DNA of 64,000 bases from Candidatus Bathyarchaeota archaeon (GTDB lineage: Archaea; Thermoproteota; Bathyarchaeia; Bathyarchaeales; Bathycorpusculaceae), in assembly GCA_963775685.1 (NCBI GenBank), contig CAVZJV010000014.1, forward strand, positions 32,001 to 96,000, in the 5' to 3' direction. Numbering within the stretch: position 1 is the first letter of the stretch; the number at the start of each line of letters is the position of its first letter. The translations under genes were made by a program, and so were the position numbers. Below the pieces are notes generated by a model, which ran no database searches, was not told the DNA's origin, and saw nothing but the letters and a program-made list of their open reading frames with translations. This document shows, piece after piece, positions 50,275 through 61,699 of the stretch.

Positions 50275-53157
50275 ATGAGCCAAACCAAGCAAATAGAGCA
50301 GAAATGGCGAGAGAAATGGGAAGCCGCCCACCTTTTCGAAGCTGACCCTGACCCGAAAAGACAGAAAAAGATGGTAACCTTTCCCTACCCATATATGAAT
50401 GGCCCATTGCACGTTGGACACACTTTCACAGCTTCACGAGTGGATGTTTATGCTCGGTTTAAACGTATGCAGGGTTACAATGTACTTTGGCCTTGGGGTT
50501 GGCACTGGACAGGTCAACCTTTGCTTGGAGCCAGTCAACGCGTAGCCCGGGGTGATGAAGCATTCATTAAAGTCTTAAGAGAAATCGATGGAGTGCCTGA
50601 GTCGGAACTCAAAAAATTCGTTGACCCTCTCTACATGGCTCAATACTACACAAATGAAGGTCGAATAGCTGTCAAAAATATCGGGTTTTCAGTAGATTGG
50701 CGACGCGAATTTACTTCCATAATGCCAACTTACCAGAAGTTCATAGAGTGGCAATACAAGAACCTTAAAGAAAAAGGCTACGTTACACGTGGCACACACC
50801 CAGTGGTTTGGTGCCCTAAAGACAAGAGTCCAACAGGAGACCATGACCGCCAAAGCGGCGAAGGTATCACCGCCGAAGAATACACACTAATAAAGTACAA
50901 GCTAGATGAAAAAACGTTTTTGCCAGCAGCAACTTTCCGTCCCGAAACCATCTATGGCATTACTAACCTGTGGATTAACCCCGATGCAGTCTATGTGGAG
51001 GCATACGTTAACGGCGAAAAATGGATCGTCAGCCAAGAAGCAGCAGATAAACTCAAAGAGCAGGAAAGAAAAGTTGAAGTAAAACGCAGTTTTCAAGGCA
51101 AAGAACTCATAGGCAAATGGTTTGAGAATCCAATCACAAAACTCAAGTTTCCTATCTTGCCCGGCTGGTTTGTCGACCCTAAAACCGCGACTGGCGTGGT
51201 GTACAGCGTTCCAGCCCATGCACCCTACGATTGGTTAGCGCTTCGAGACCTACAGCTGAAACCCGAAGTCCTTTCACAGTTCGGCATGGGCCCTGACGAA
51301 GTTATGCAAATTAAGCCTATCTCAATTATCAAGGTGGAAGGATATGGCGAGTTTCCAGCAGTTGAAATCGTTGAGAAAATGGGCATAAAAGACCAAAACG
51401 ACCCTAAAGCTGACCAAGCCACCAAAGAACTGTACAAAAAAGAATTTCACGGTGGCGTGCTGAAACCCAATTGTGGACCATACGCTGGAAAAACTATCCG
51501 AGAAGCCAAAGACATTTTGATAGTTGACTTCCTCAAACTTGGCGTAGCAGACTTCATGTATGACTTAGCTGAACCCGTAGTTTGCCGCTGCATGACGCAA
51601 TGCATCGTAAAAATTCTTTCTGACCAATGGTTCCTAAACTACTCTGATCCTGAATGGAAAGAAAAAGCCAAAGAAGTTGTCGCACAAATGACGATTTATC
51701 CCGATTCCGCAAAACAGAACTTCTATACTGTTATTGATTGGCTTCGTGAGTGGGCTTGTGCAAGAACCACGGGTTTTGGAACTCCGCTCCCGTGGGGCAA
51801 AGGTTGGATAATTGAAACGCTCAGTGACTCAACTGTGTATATGGCCTTTTACACAATAAACAAGCATATAAAACAGAACAACATTAAAGCTGAATTGTTG
51901 ACACCAGAAGTTTTCGATTTTCTTTTCTACGGTAAAGGCAATGCAAACGAACTTGAAATCACTACTGGATTAAGTGCCAATTTGCTCAATGACATGCGAA
52001 CTGAATTTCTTTACTGGTATCCGTTTGACTTGCGAAATTCTGCAAAAGAACTCGTACCAAACCACTTATCCTTCTGTATTTTTCACCATGCTGCGCTTTT
52101 CTCACCTGAACACTGGCCCAAAGCAGTAGGCGTTAATGGTATGCTTATGATTGAAGGACAAGGAATGCACAAGAGCAAAGGAAACTTTATAACAATGAAA
52201 GGTGCCGTGGAAAAATACGGTGCTGACGCAACGCGCTGCGGATTGCTGTTAGGCGCCGAAGGCATGGATGATCCCGATTGGCGTGCTGAAAACGTAAGCG
52301 ACTTGCAAAGTAAGTTTGAGGCATTAATTGGGTTTACAAGCGGCATAATAGCTTCAGCCAAAAACCTGGAAGAATCGGACCTAGAACGGTGGCTTACTAG
52401 TAAGATTCAATATCGAATAAGAGAGGTCACCGCAAGCTTAGATGTACTTAAAACCCGAACTGCCCTGCAAGTGGCGTTGTTTGAGACTTGGAATGATCTG
52501 CGCTGGTACATCCAACGAAAAGGCAATACAGAAGCCAAAGCGCTGGGTGATGCGGTGAAGGTTTGGTTAAAGATGCTTACGCCTTTTGCGCCGTTTATTT
52601 GCGAGGAGCTTTGGAGCCAAACTGGCGAAGAAGGATTTATCAGTATTGCAAAGTGGCCAGTCTTTGATGCGGGCAAGCTTGATGTAGCCGCTGAAGAGCA
52701 GGAGACTCTAATTACAGATCTAATGACTGACACAACAAACATCGTAAAAGCCACGAAGATATCGCCAAAACACATATGTTTCTATACGGCTGCACCATGG
52801 AAATGGCAAGTTTACCTCAAAATCATAGACAAAACTATTGTTGGCGAAGTAAAAATCAACGAGTTAATGAAGGAATTCGCCGCCGACAAAGACCTAAAAC
52901 CACGCATGAAAGACATAGCGGCCATGGTTCCAAGAATCACTAAGGCTTTAACTAAAGTTTCATGCGAACGCAAATCCAACATGAAGCAAATCAAAGTGAT
53001 CAATGAGCAGGCGATTTTGAATAGTGCTGTGGCGTTTTTGGGACAACGCTTCGCTGCTAAAGTAACCATTTTTAGAGAAGATGACATCGAACGTTTTGAC
53101 CCAAAGAAACGTGCAACGATGGCTATGCCGTATCAACCAGCAATCTACATCGATTAG
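50275..53157 (+). CDS. leuS: Leucine--tRNA ligase (archaeal type)
   Basis: FPYPYMNGPLHVGH, ATFRPET editing domain, ETLSDST, GMHKS (KMSKS equivalent). Confidence 0.96.
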   Translation: MSQTKQIEQKWREKWEAAHLFEADPDPKRQKKMVTFPYPYMNGPLHVGHTFTASRVDVYARFKRMQGYNVLWPWGWHWTGQPLLGASQRVARGDEAFIKVLREIDGVPESELKKFVDPLYMAQYYTNEGRIAVKNIGFSVDWRREFTSIMPTYQKFIEWQYKNLKEKGYVTRGTHPVVWCPKDKSPTGDHDRQSGEGITAEEYTLIKYKLDEKTFLPAATFRPETIYGITNLWINPDAVYVEAYVNGEKWIVSQEAADKLKEQERKVEVKRSFQGKELIGKWFENPITKLKFPILPGWFVDPKTATGVVYSVPAHAPYDWLALRDLQLKPEVLSQFGMGPDEVMQIKPISIIKVEGYGEFPAVEIVEKMGIKDQNDPKADQATKELYKKEFHGGVLKPNCGPYAGKTIREAKDILIVDFLKLGVADFMYDLAEPVVCRCMTQCIVKILSDQWFLNYSDPEWKEKAKEVVAQMTIYPDSAKQNFYTVIDWLREWACARTTGFGTPLPWGKGWIIETLSDSTVYMAFYTINKHIKQNNIKAELLTPEVFDFLFYGKGNANELEITTGLSANLLNDMRTEFLYWYPFDLRNSAKELVPNHLSFCIFHHAALFSPEHWPKAVGVNGMLMIEGQGMHKSKGNFITMKGAVEKYGADATRCGLLLGAEGMDDPDWRAENVSDLQSKFEALIGFTSGIIASAKNLEESDLERWLTSKIQYRIREVTASLDVLKTRTALQVALFETWNDLRWYIQRKGNTEAKALGDAVKVWLKMLTPFAPFICEELWSQTGEEGFISIAKWPVFDAGKLDVAAEEQETLITDLMTDTTNIVKATKISPKHICFYTAAPWKWQVYLKIIDKTIVGEVKINELMKEFAADKDLKPRMKDIAAMVPRITKALTKVSCERKSNMKQIKVINEQAILNSAVAFLGQRFAAKVTIFREDDIERFDPKKRATMAMPYQPAIYID

Positions 53158-53361
53158 TAATCCTTCATAGAAAGGTTAACTCATCTAAATGAATAAATAG
53201 ACGAAAATTAATGCTAACAGTTTTTCGGCATCAGAACACGTTGAATATAATTGCTGGCGGCCTAAATTGCTTTTTGGGCCACTTGCTTCGCATAGGCAAA
53301 GCCTAACGTAAACAGAATATAACCCAGGATAGTCGTAAACTGCTCATAGAATGTTGAGCTC

Positions 53362-53769
53362 TTAATGGCTCACTCTAGCGGGTTCTTCATGGTTCTTAAG
53401 CTTCTCTTCTAAAAGAACCAGCAATTCCTGAGGTTTCACGGGCTTAACCAAATAAGCGTCTGCGCCTTCATCAAGAGCTTTAACGCCAGTTTCAAGTGAC
53501 GGGAACCCCGTAATCATTATTTTGACGGTGTGTTGGAGTTGCTTTTTGAGTTTCGCTAATAACTCGGTGCCATCCATATCCGGAAGTCTGATGTCTACCA
53601 ACGCTAAGTCAAAATGGTCGTTTCCCGCTTTTTCTATGGCTTCTTTACCTGTTTCCGCAGTTTCAATCTCATAACCGCTTTTTTGGAGAATGCGTGTGAA
53701 GGTTCGAAGTATTGATTTGTCATCGTCAACAACAAGTATTGTTTTTTTATGTGCAGCCAATTCTAACAT
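53362..53769 (-). CDS. Single-domain response regulator
   Basis: ILVVDDD, LVDIRLPDMDG, ITG, YLVKP. Confidence 0.92.
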   Translation of the reverse strand: MLELAAHKKTILVVDDDKSILRTFTRILQKSGYEIETAETGKEAIEKAGNDHFDLALVDIRLPDMDGTELLAKLKKQLQHTVKIMITGFPSLETGVKALDEGADAYLVKPVKPQELLVLLEEKLKNHEEPARVSH

Positions 53770-54029
53770 ACCTCTTTTCCATAAATCCCGCTTTTTTGAA
53801 CCTCGTATGTCAAAAAAGCCACCAACTTCTCTGCATCAACAAACCATAATAACAGTTGGTTTGCTATCAACAAAGAACTTCCTATCTTTTTAGCTGTTTC
53901 TAACAATGTTTTCCGAGATTAATAAACGCTATCCCATCTGGATTATTTGAAGGCAGCCCTGTTAACAATAAAGTTATAACTGAGAAAAACCAAAATGTAT
54001 TAGCGAATAGTTGGTTTTGAGGCGCAAAG

Positions 54030-55490
54030 GTGTCTGCTCCATTTTCTTACGAAATAAAAACTGATGTTCCCCCACTCTACTTTGGGAAACTATTTGACTT
54101 CATTTATACACAATTCCTTGCTCCTCAAAAGCAAAGATTCACAAGCTTATCTAAAGAGATAGCACAGTTAAGGAACAAAATCTCATACGTTGTTCTCGAT
54201 ACACAAGGGAGACAAATCCTTAAAGTTGAAGTAATTGCCACAGACACTGTAAATGCAACTATAACACCATTGGAAATGGATGTTCTGGAAGCAACAGTCA
54301 ACGAAGCAAGACAAGATTTACTAATTGCTACAGAATTGTTTCAGGAAAAAGCCCGCAAAGTTACATGGTATTTTGCGTGGCGAGAGGGAGAAGAAATCAT
54401 ACCTGAAAAAGTAACGCTTCACGAAAAAAGTTTCAACCGCCTTTTCTTGGAAACACAAGTCCTATTAACTTTTGTATTTATTGGGCTCGGACTGGGGTTG
54501 TTTGTTGTTGTGTTAACTTTTTATCCAGCCTACTTCTGGTCTGTCCCAATAATTTTAATTGTTTCCCAATTCGTATTTGTTTTCTATTCTAACAAGATTA
54601 TTGCACGGTCGGGTGATTGGTCAATCACTAAGGACAGCCCTATCATACACTTCTTAGAGTATCAGCCTCCAATTGGCTCTTTGGGCACGCTTGATGATTA
54701 CAAGCAAATTCCGCCCGAGCAGTTGGTGGCATTAAAGAAAGAAGTCTACGAGGAAATAATAGCGAAGCATGGGGCAATTGACTGTCAGGAAGCAGAAAAA
54801 ATCTTTACAAAATATAATGTATCTTGCAAACTTGGCAGTTTATCAGCCAAGAAAATCAACGTTTATGAACTTGTAAAGAAAGTCGCTGATCGCTTCGGGT
54901 ACAAAGTGCCTAAAATCGTGATTTCAAATACGATGGTTCCTAACGCGGCCGCTTCTGGTCCGAGCCCTAGCCGAGGCATCGTTTTGATAACGACTGGGCT
55001 ACTTGTTCAGTTGGAAGAGCCTGAAGTCGTAAGCGTTTTGGGGCATGAGTTTGGGCATCTTAGAGGCAGAGACCCTCTAATTTTGTTTGGGCTGTTGAGT
55101 GCGGAGTTTCTGTTCAGGTTTTATGTTTTGCTTGCTTTGCTTCCATTCATATTCACATCTTTCTTGTTCTTTGTCTACTTCTTCGCGGTCATGACTCTTA
55201 TATTCTTCATAGCGAAATTCTTTGAAGCCCGCGCAGACCTAACATCAGCCATAATGATGGGGCAACCCAAAGTCATGGCAAGATCATTGGAAAAAATCGG
55301 GTTCCACAGGCTTCTTTTCGAGCGAACTCCAAGTTTCCGCCTGCAAGAATGGGTTGGTTTAGATTCGCACCCGCCTATTTACTTTAGAGTGGCCCGATTA
55401 GAGAAGCTTGGAGATGATCAGGTTAAATATCCACTGCTTCAATCAATCGAAGATGTAATAAAAGGATTTTTTGCTACCCTAAAAAGTTAA
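54030..55490 (+). CDS. M48 (HtpX-like) membrane zinc metalloprotease with N-terminal extension
   Basis: PNAAASG, ITTGLL, HEFGH, EARAD, SHPP..R. Confidence 0.88.
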   Translation: MSAPFSYEIKTDVPPLYFGKLFDFIYTQFLAPQKQRFTSLSKEIAQLRNKISYVVLDTQGRQILKVEVIATDTVNATITPLEMDVLEATVNEARQDLLIATELFQEKARKVTWYFAWREGEEIIPEKVTLHEKSFNRLFLETQVLLTFVFIGLGLGLFVVVLTFYPAYFWSVPIILIVSQFVFVFYSNKIIARSGDWSITKDSPIIHFLEYQPPIGSLGTLDDYKQIPPEQLVALKKEVYEEIIAKHGAIDCQEAEKIFTKYNVSCKLGSLSAKKINVYELVKKVADRFGYKVPKIVISNTMVPNAAASGPSPSRGIVLITTGLLVQLEEPEVVSVLGHEFGHLRGRDPLILFGLLSAEFLFRFYVLLALLPFIFTSFLFFVYFFAVMTLIFFIAKFFEARADLTSAIMMGQPKVMARSLEKIGFHRLLFERTPSFRLQEWVGLDSHPPIYFRVARLEKLGDDQVKYPLLQSIEDVIKGFFATLKS

Positions 55491-55699
55491 AAACCATAGT
55501 AAAAAAACAGACGAAAATCGAACCTGGACCAAATTTTCTACCCCAATTGAACAACCGAAGTCCAGCTTGTAAACACAACCGGTACTCTCCATTGAATCGT
55601 AGGATAAGATTGACAGGATTCTTTTCCTGAAGGAACAAGAATTTAACGCAAAAAATAATAACCTAACCGAGTAAGCTCTAACGAGACGAGGCAAACAAT

Positions 55700-56977
55700 T
55701 TGAAACTAATCTTCGTTGCAATAGACGGTATGGGCGATTTACCTATCGAATCTTTAGGTAACAAAACTCCTCTTGAAGCAGCAGAAACTCCCAACATGGA
55801 TGCGCTTGCCAAGGCGGGAAAAACTGGTTTAATGTATTCGGTCAAGAAGGGTGTCGCGCCTGAGAGCGATGTTGCTGTTATTTCACTTTTAGGCTATGAC
55901 CCCTTCAAATACAGCACAGGCAGAGGTGTCATCGAAGCATCTGGCGTTGGCTTGAACATGCAGGATGGAGATTTAGCGTTGCGTTGCAATTTTGCTACTT
56001 TAGGCGCGGGCAAAACTATTCTTGACCGACGAGTAGCTCGAACTCTGAGCACAGAGGAAGCGAATGAGCTAACTGAAGCCGTCAACAAAGAAGTGAAACT
56101 CAACTCATACCCAGCCACTTTTGAGTTTCGCAATACTTTGGGCCATAGGGCTGTTTTGCTCATTAAGAGTAAAGCTAAACCGCTATCAAGCAACATAACC
56201 AACAGCGATCCCGCCTACATAATAGTTAACGGCATTGGCGAAGCCAAATCAGATGTCGAGATGGTGCTTAAAACTTGTGAACCAACCGAAAAAACAGAAG
56301 CCGCGAAAGTCTCCGCCAGGTTGGTTAACGAGTTTATCGAAAAGTCACATATATTTTGGGAAAATCATCCTATTAACGTAAAGCGTGCCGCGGAAGGCAA
56401 ACTCAAAGCAAACGTAGTTTTGACCCGAGATGCGGGGCACTTGCTTCCTAAATTCTTCAACATAAACGAACGCTACCATGTCAACTTTGCCTGCTTAGCG
56501 GACATGCATGCTGAGCGCGGAATCGCTCAACTGGCTGGTATGGAGTCGTCGCTGCTTCCGCCTCCATCAGGAAATTTGCAGAAAGACTGCGAAGTCAGAG
56601 TAAAAGCCCTCCTTGAAGCCCTGCCAAAACACGATTGCTTCTATATTCACCTCAAAGGACCCGACGAACCAGGACACGATGGCAACTGCAACTTAAAAAC
56701 CCAGATCATCTCTGCTATCGACAAGTACTTCTTTGGTCCATTGCTTAAACAGATATCTTTAGAAGACAACCTCCTTTGCATAACCACTGACCACGCGACG
56801 CCCTGTACCTTGAAAGTTCACAGTGATACACCCGTTCCGATGCTCATCTCAGGCGACCACGTTAGCAGCGGCAAAACAGACAAGTTCTGCGAGAAAGAAT
56901 GTGCAAAAGGCAGCCTTGGCACTCTAGAACGCGGATGCGAATTAATGCCAAAACTCATGCAGATACTAAAAAAATAA
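55700..56977 (+). CDS. apgM: 2,3-bisphosphoglycerate-independent phosphoglycerate mutase
   Basis: IDGMGD, KTPLEAAETPNMD, PESD, HLKGPDEPGHDG, TDHATP, HS. Confidence 0.92.
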   Translation: MKLIFVAIDGMGDLPIESLGNKTPLEAAETPNMDALAKAGKTGLMYSVKKGVAPESDVAVISLLGYDPFKYSTGRGVIEASGVGLNMQDGDLALRCNFATLGAGKTILDRRVARTLSTEEANELTEAVNKEVKLNSYPATFEFRNTLGHRAVLLIKSKAKPLSSNITNSDPAYIIVNGIGEAKSDVEMVLKTCEPTEKTEAAKVSARLVNEFIEKSHIFWENHPINVKRAAEGKLKANVVLTRDAGHLLPKFFNINERYHVNFACLADMHAERGIAQLAGMESSLLPPPSGNLQKDCEVRVKALLEALPKHDCFYIHLKGPDEPGHDGNCNLKTQIISAIDKYFFGPLLKQISLEDNLLCITTDHATPCTLKVHSDTPVPMLISGDHVSSGKTDKFCEKECAKGSLGTLERGCELMPKLMQILKK

Positions 56978-57138
56978 CTTACCAATTATCAATTCCGAAA
57001 ATGATACAACAAGCAAGTATCAATAGATTTTTTTTCAGATATATTTAGTGCGATCGCCTCTTGGGATAGCTACAGAAATATCCTATCGCTTAACAGTTTA
57101 AATAAGCCGCAACTAAACTGGCTAGAAGTGAAAACTCG

Positions 57139-58005
57139 ATGATTCAGCGTCTTATGGTTTATTCTGATGGTGGTGCAAGAGGTAACCCTGGGCCGGCAGC
57201 CATTGGTTTCGTAGCTTTAAATGAACAAGGTGAAATTGTAAAAGCAGATTCAAGATTTATAGGCATCCATACCAACAACCAAGCGGAATACGAAGCGCTT
57301 CTTTTGGCTATGCAGTTTGCAGTTGAGGTTGGTGCGGAAGAAGTAGTTTGCCACCTTGACAGCGAACTTGTTGTGAGGCAGCTAAACGGCCAGTACACCG
57401 TGAAAGACCCAGAACTGCAACGACTTTGGAGGAAAGTGGGGCAAATGAAAGGGTGCTTTAAAAAAATCGGGTTTGCTCACGTAGCCAGAGAACATGAAAA
57501 GATTCAAGTTGCGGACGAACTGGTGAATGAAACGTTAGACCAACAAACCAATCAACTCAAAGCCACCGGATTAGTAACAAGCCCTCCATTAGTTACTAGT
57601 AATTATGGGCTGAAAGTCATGTTTGTCCACATAAGCATTCGCACAAGCAACATGGAGCGGTCTATCAATTTTTACTCCAAGTTCTTAGGTTTAAAACTTC
57701 AAAGCCGCCGGGAAATCATGCAAACAAACGCTGAAATTGCCTTCCTGCAAGATGCAGAACACAAAGGTTGCACGCTGGAGTTGACTTATTACCGAAATCA
57801 GAAACAGTTTGTTCAACCTGAATATGAAATGCGACTGTTTGACCATTTAGGGTTCGAAGTCGCAGACATAAACAAAACACTCGATGCAATGCGCAGAGAA
57901 AACGTTTTGGTAACGGATAAACCCTTCAAGTTTAACGAAAAAACAACAATTGCATTTGTCGAGGATCCAGATGGGACCCTCATTGAATTGATTGAGCGCA
58001 AATAA
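57139..58005 (+). CDS. rnhA: Ribonuclease HI fused to a VOC/glyoxalase domain
   Basis: SDGGARGNPGP, TNNQAEY, DSELVV, ADELVN; HISIRTSNMERS..DHLGFEV..FVEDPDGTLIELIE. Confidence 0.85.
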   Translation: MIQRLMVYSDGGARGNPGPAAIGFVALNEQGEIVKADSRFIGIHTNNQAEYEALLLAMQFAVEVGAEEVVCHLDSELVVRQLNGQYTVKDPELQRLWRKVGQMKGCFKKIGFAHVAREHEKIQVADELVNETLDQQTNQLKATGLVTSPPLVTSNYGLKVMFVHISIRTSNMERSINFYSKFLGLKLQSRREIMQTNAEIAFLQDAEHKGCTLELTYYRNQKQFVQPEYEMRLFDHLGFEVADINKTLDAMRRENVLVTDKPFKFNEKTTIAFVEDPDGTLIELIERK

Positions 58006-58079
58006 ACTGTTACTTATAGAATTTGGGTCTGCCTCCAGTTGATGTTTTCCCCGATGACTGGACTCTTTCATTTTCTTCT

Positions 58080-58770
58080 TTAGTTAGCCTTTTGGCTTCA
58101 GAAAAAATAGATAAAAAAAATACTTCCATTTAGCGACTATTATCCGCCAGTTAGCTCTCATTGCACCTCCGACTCGAGGTTTTCCTCGTCTATGTGGAGC
58201 TTCTTAAACCAACTCGCCAATTTTGAATCCATTTTTCTTGGCGACAACAAGCAGTTCACCGCCGAAGGTTTCTCCGCCCTTCAAGTTAATGTTTACGAGT
58301 GTTTCTTTTTTGTAAGCTCTAAAATTAGAATAGAAATCTGAAACTCCACATTTTTTGCATAAAGTTTTGGCAGCCCAACGCTCAGAAAAACGGGGCACAA
58401 GTGTCCGCGAAACTACTATCGCAGCGTAAATGCGCAAGTTTCTCAACAAGGCTGGGATGAGTTCGGGATTGTTCTCCAAGTCTGAATCGATTGTTACTAT
58501 TTTGGGAGACTTTGCCAGTTTTGCTCCGTACAGTAAGCCTTTGGTTTGTCCTTCCCGAATTTTACTAACCGCTAAATCCGCATGCTGTTTGGCAACTTCG
58601 AGGGTGCCATCGATGGAGTTGTCATCCACAACGATTGTTTCATGGGGAACATCGCTAAGGGTTTTCTGTATTCACAGGATTAGTTCCCTGATGTTTTCTT
58701 TCTCATTCCATGTCGTTATAACCACCGAAATGCCCTGATCTGTTGCTTTGCTTTTATTATGATCAGTCAA
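58080..58770 (-). pseudogene. GT2 glycosyltransferase with two in-frame stops
   Basis: ISVVITTWNEKENIRELIL*...VVDDNSIDGT...IDSDLEN...ELV*EAPHRRGKPR; stops at 58672-58674 and 58204-58206. Confidence 0.75.
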
Positions 58771-58975
58771 TATCTTTTAGAAGTTATAAGCTCTCTTTAT
58801 ATTGTCAAAGACATTAAACAATTAGTTTTCACAGTTAATTTTCGGGTTTAAATGTAGTTTGTGGGGGTTTCTACTTATCTTTCAAGCTGAAAGAACATCA
58901 TAAACTTAAAATAATCGGAAGGACTGATGTGTTAACGAATTCACAAAATTAGGTAAATTAATAGAGGATGAAAAA

Positions 58976-60280
58976 ATGAGCAAAAGCGATAAACCCCACT
59001 TAAACCTCATAATCATGGGGCACGTTGATGCCGGAAAATCAACATCAACCGGGCACCTACTATATTTAGCAGGCGCAATCGACGAAAGAACAATCAAATC
59101 ATACCAAGAAGAAGCCGAAAAAATGGGCAAAGGCACATTTGCGTTCGCTTGGGTTCTAGACAACCTGAAAGAAGAACGCGAAAGAGGTGTCACAATTGAC
59201 CTTCGATTCCTACAATTCCAAACCAAGAAATTCAATTACACAGTCATCGATGCACCAGGACACAGAGACTTCGTCAAAAACATGATTACAGGCGCAAGCC
59301 AAGCTGACGCAGCAGTACTTTTCGTTTCAGCCAAAAAAGGTGAGTTTGAAGCAGGTATCGGTGCGGGTGGCCAAACACGAGAACACGCCTTTTTAGCATT
59401 CACTTTAGGTATTCGCCAAATCATTGTTGCAATTAACAAACAGGATGATATATCTGTTAACTATAGCAAAGAAAGGTTTGACGAAATAAAGAATGAAGTT
59501 TCAAGAATGCTCCGTATGGTCGGCTTTAAAATTGAGAAGATCAATTTCGTGCCAGTTTCAGGTTGGACAGGCGAGAACCTGCTCAAAAAAAGCGACAAAA
59601 TGCCCTGGTATACGGGTCCAACATTGATGGAGGCGTTCGACCTGTTAGAAATTCCAGCTAAACCAACTAACAAACCGTTGCGTGTTCCAGTCCAGGACAT
59701 TTACAGCATTACAGGTATAGGCACCGTTCCCGTAGGCAGAGTAGAAACAGGTACCCTCAAACCGGGACAGAGCCTTATCTTCATGCCATCAAACAAAACC
59801 GCTGAGGTCAAATCCATAGAAATGCACCACACACAAATCCCCTTCGCGGAACCAGGCGACAACATTGGAATGAACGTTCGTGGCATTTCAAAAACTGATG
59901 TTCACCGTGGAGACGTTGCAGGTCCAGTTGACAATCCACCAACAGTTGCAAAAGAATTCATTGGTCAAATCATAGTCATCTATCATCCAACAGCCATTGC
60001 AGCAGGATATACCCCGGTACTCCACTACCACACAGGACAAATCGCTGTTAAGTTCACCGAACTCATAAAGAAAATCGACCCGCGCACAGGACAAGTATCT
60101 GAAGAGCACCCAAGCTACCTCAAAACAGGCGACGCTGCATGGGTTCGCATGGAACCACTTCACCCAATTGCAATCGAAACCTTCCAAGACTTCCCCGAAC
60201 TTGGTCGATTCGCAATTCGAGACATGGGTACCACCGTTGCAGCAGGCGCAGTTAAAGAAGTCACCAAAAAGGGTCCTTAA
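58976..60280 (+). CDS. tuf: Translation elongation factor EF-1alpha
   Basis: GHVDAGKST, EERERGVTI, DAPGHRDF, NKQD, GRFAIRDMG. Confidence 0.97.
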   Translation: MSKSDKPHLNLIIMGHVDAGKSTSTGHLLYLAGAIDERTIKSYQEEAEKMGKGTFAFAWVLDNLKEERERGVTIDLRFLQFQTKKFNYTVIDAPGHRDFVKNMITGASQADAAVLFVSAKKGEFEAGIGAGGQTREHAFLAFTLGIRQIIVAINKQDDISVNYSKERFDEIKNEVSRMLRMVGFKIEKINFVPVSGWTGENLLKKSDKMPWYTGPTLMEAFDLLEIPAKPTNKPLRVPVQDIYSITGIGTVPVGRVETGTLKPGQSLIFMPSNKTAEVKSIEMHHTQIPFAEPGDNIGMNVRGISKTDVHRGDVAGPVDNPPTVAKEFIGQIIVIYHPTAIAAGYTPVLHYHTGQIAVKFTELIKKIDPRTGQVSEEHPSYLKTGDAAWVRMEPLHPIAIETFQDFPELGRFAIRDMGTTVAAGAVKEVTKKGP

Positions 60281-60879
60281 CCCTTTTCATTTTGTTTTTA
60301 TTTTATATTTAAAATATAGTTTTTGATAAAATTTGTGCTAATTTAGTGTAAATATATCTAATATTGGATCTTTTGCGTAGATAATGGCTTATGTTTTTGT
60401 TTTGTGTTGGTTACTTGTGACAGTCACAAGTATTCTTATGATAAGTTCACATGTGGCTTAAAGTAGGGTGGAGACGTTTGGACTATCAAAGTGATTCTGC
60501 TTGTTTGATAAAGAAGGATTCTGAGAAGGTTGATGAATCTATTTGTCTGAGCGATGTGCCTTTGGAAGTTAGAAAAAGAGAAGCAAGAAAACCTCTGTTC
60601 TTAGTAAGGTATGAGTAATCAGAAGTTGTTATGTTGAACTATGCTATTTGTAAGTGTAGATGTTGTGGTATTGGGTTGGCTGTGGGAAATTAGCTTCGGC
60701 GAAAACCATATTCGCCTTTATTATACCTGAGAGCTGTGGTTTAGTCAAGAGAAATCCGACTTTTTTAGAATGACCCGCAATTTTTGTTTTATTATCTATT
60801 GTTTTTTGGAAAAGCGAACTCTTCAGAGGAGAAAACAACATTAGTTGCTTTTACAATAGCGCAAGTCCTGAGGATTAGA

Positions 60880-61605
60880 ATGTCTGGAACGGAAACGCTT
60901 CTTCCTTTTGTGGGTGAAAAAAAGAAACCTGGTGAAGAACCGATCATCATCATGGATAGCCGTGAAGCTAGCAGCGCCAAAAAAATCGCCCTTGGGCTTG
61001 CGGAGAAAGGAGCAAAAGTGAAAACGGAGATTTTGGAGAAAGGCGACTACATCCTCTCAGACCAATGTGCTGTGGAACGGAAAACGGTTAACGACTTCGT
61101 CTACACGCTTACAAGAAGGTATCTTTTCGAGCAGCTCTTCCGCTTAAAAGAAGTTTATCCAAAATCCCTAATCGTGCTTGAAGGTTACTTGCCAATAATC
61201 TACAAGTATAGCAGCATTTCGTCTGCTTCAATTTGGGGTGCTATGTTTAACCTGGCCAAAAACGGTATCGCAATGGTCAACACTGCGTCCCAGAAGGAGA
61301 CGGTTGATTTTCTCTACACTGCGGCACGGCAAGAACAGATTGTTGAGAAAAGAAGTGCTGTGGTTCATGCTTTCAAAAAATGTGATACCCTCTCAGATGC
61401 CCAAGTATATTTTATAGCTAGTTTACCTAGCATAGGACGCGAAAAAGCAACAGCTATTCTTGATTCTTACCAGACGCCTCTTAATGCTTTGATTAATGTG
61501 GCTGATTGGGAGAAGGCAGTTCATGGGTTGGGTCCTGTGATAACGAATCGTGTGAAGGATGTTTTGAGTAGGCCTTATAAGGATAAGGAATGCTCTGAGA
61601 CTTGA
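60880..61605 (+). CDS. xpf: Short XPF/ERCC4 structure-specific endonuclease
   Basis: MDSRE, GDY, ERKTVNDF, C-terminal HhH (LPSIGREKA, GLGP). Confidence 0.85.
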   Translation: MSGTETLLPFVGEKKKPGEEPIIIMDSREASSAKKIALGLAEKGAKVKTEILEKGDYILSDQCAVERKTVNDFVYTLTRRYLFEQLFRLKEVYPKSLIVLEGYLPIIYKYSSISSASIWGAMFNLAKNGIAMVNTASQKETVDFLYTAARQEQIVEKRSAVVHAFKKCDTLSDAQVYFIASLPSIGREKATAILDSYQTPLNALINVADWEKAVHGLGPVITNRVKDVLSRPYKDKECSET

Positions 61606-61699
61606 TTGTTTTATTGGCATCAAGATAACGGAAGAGTCAACCTTGTCATAGAAAATATTAATGCTGTAGTTGCCGGCGTAGAGTTTCATCTGGATAGTT

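Noticed and set aside
53362-53769. Response regulator as the ComA analogue of the peptide system
   Set aside because: Receiver-only, separated by leuS; the only kinase in the window is soluble and more than 10 kb from the peptide locus, so no link is supported
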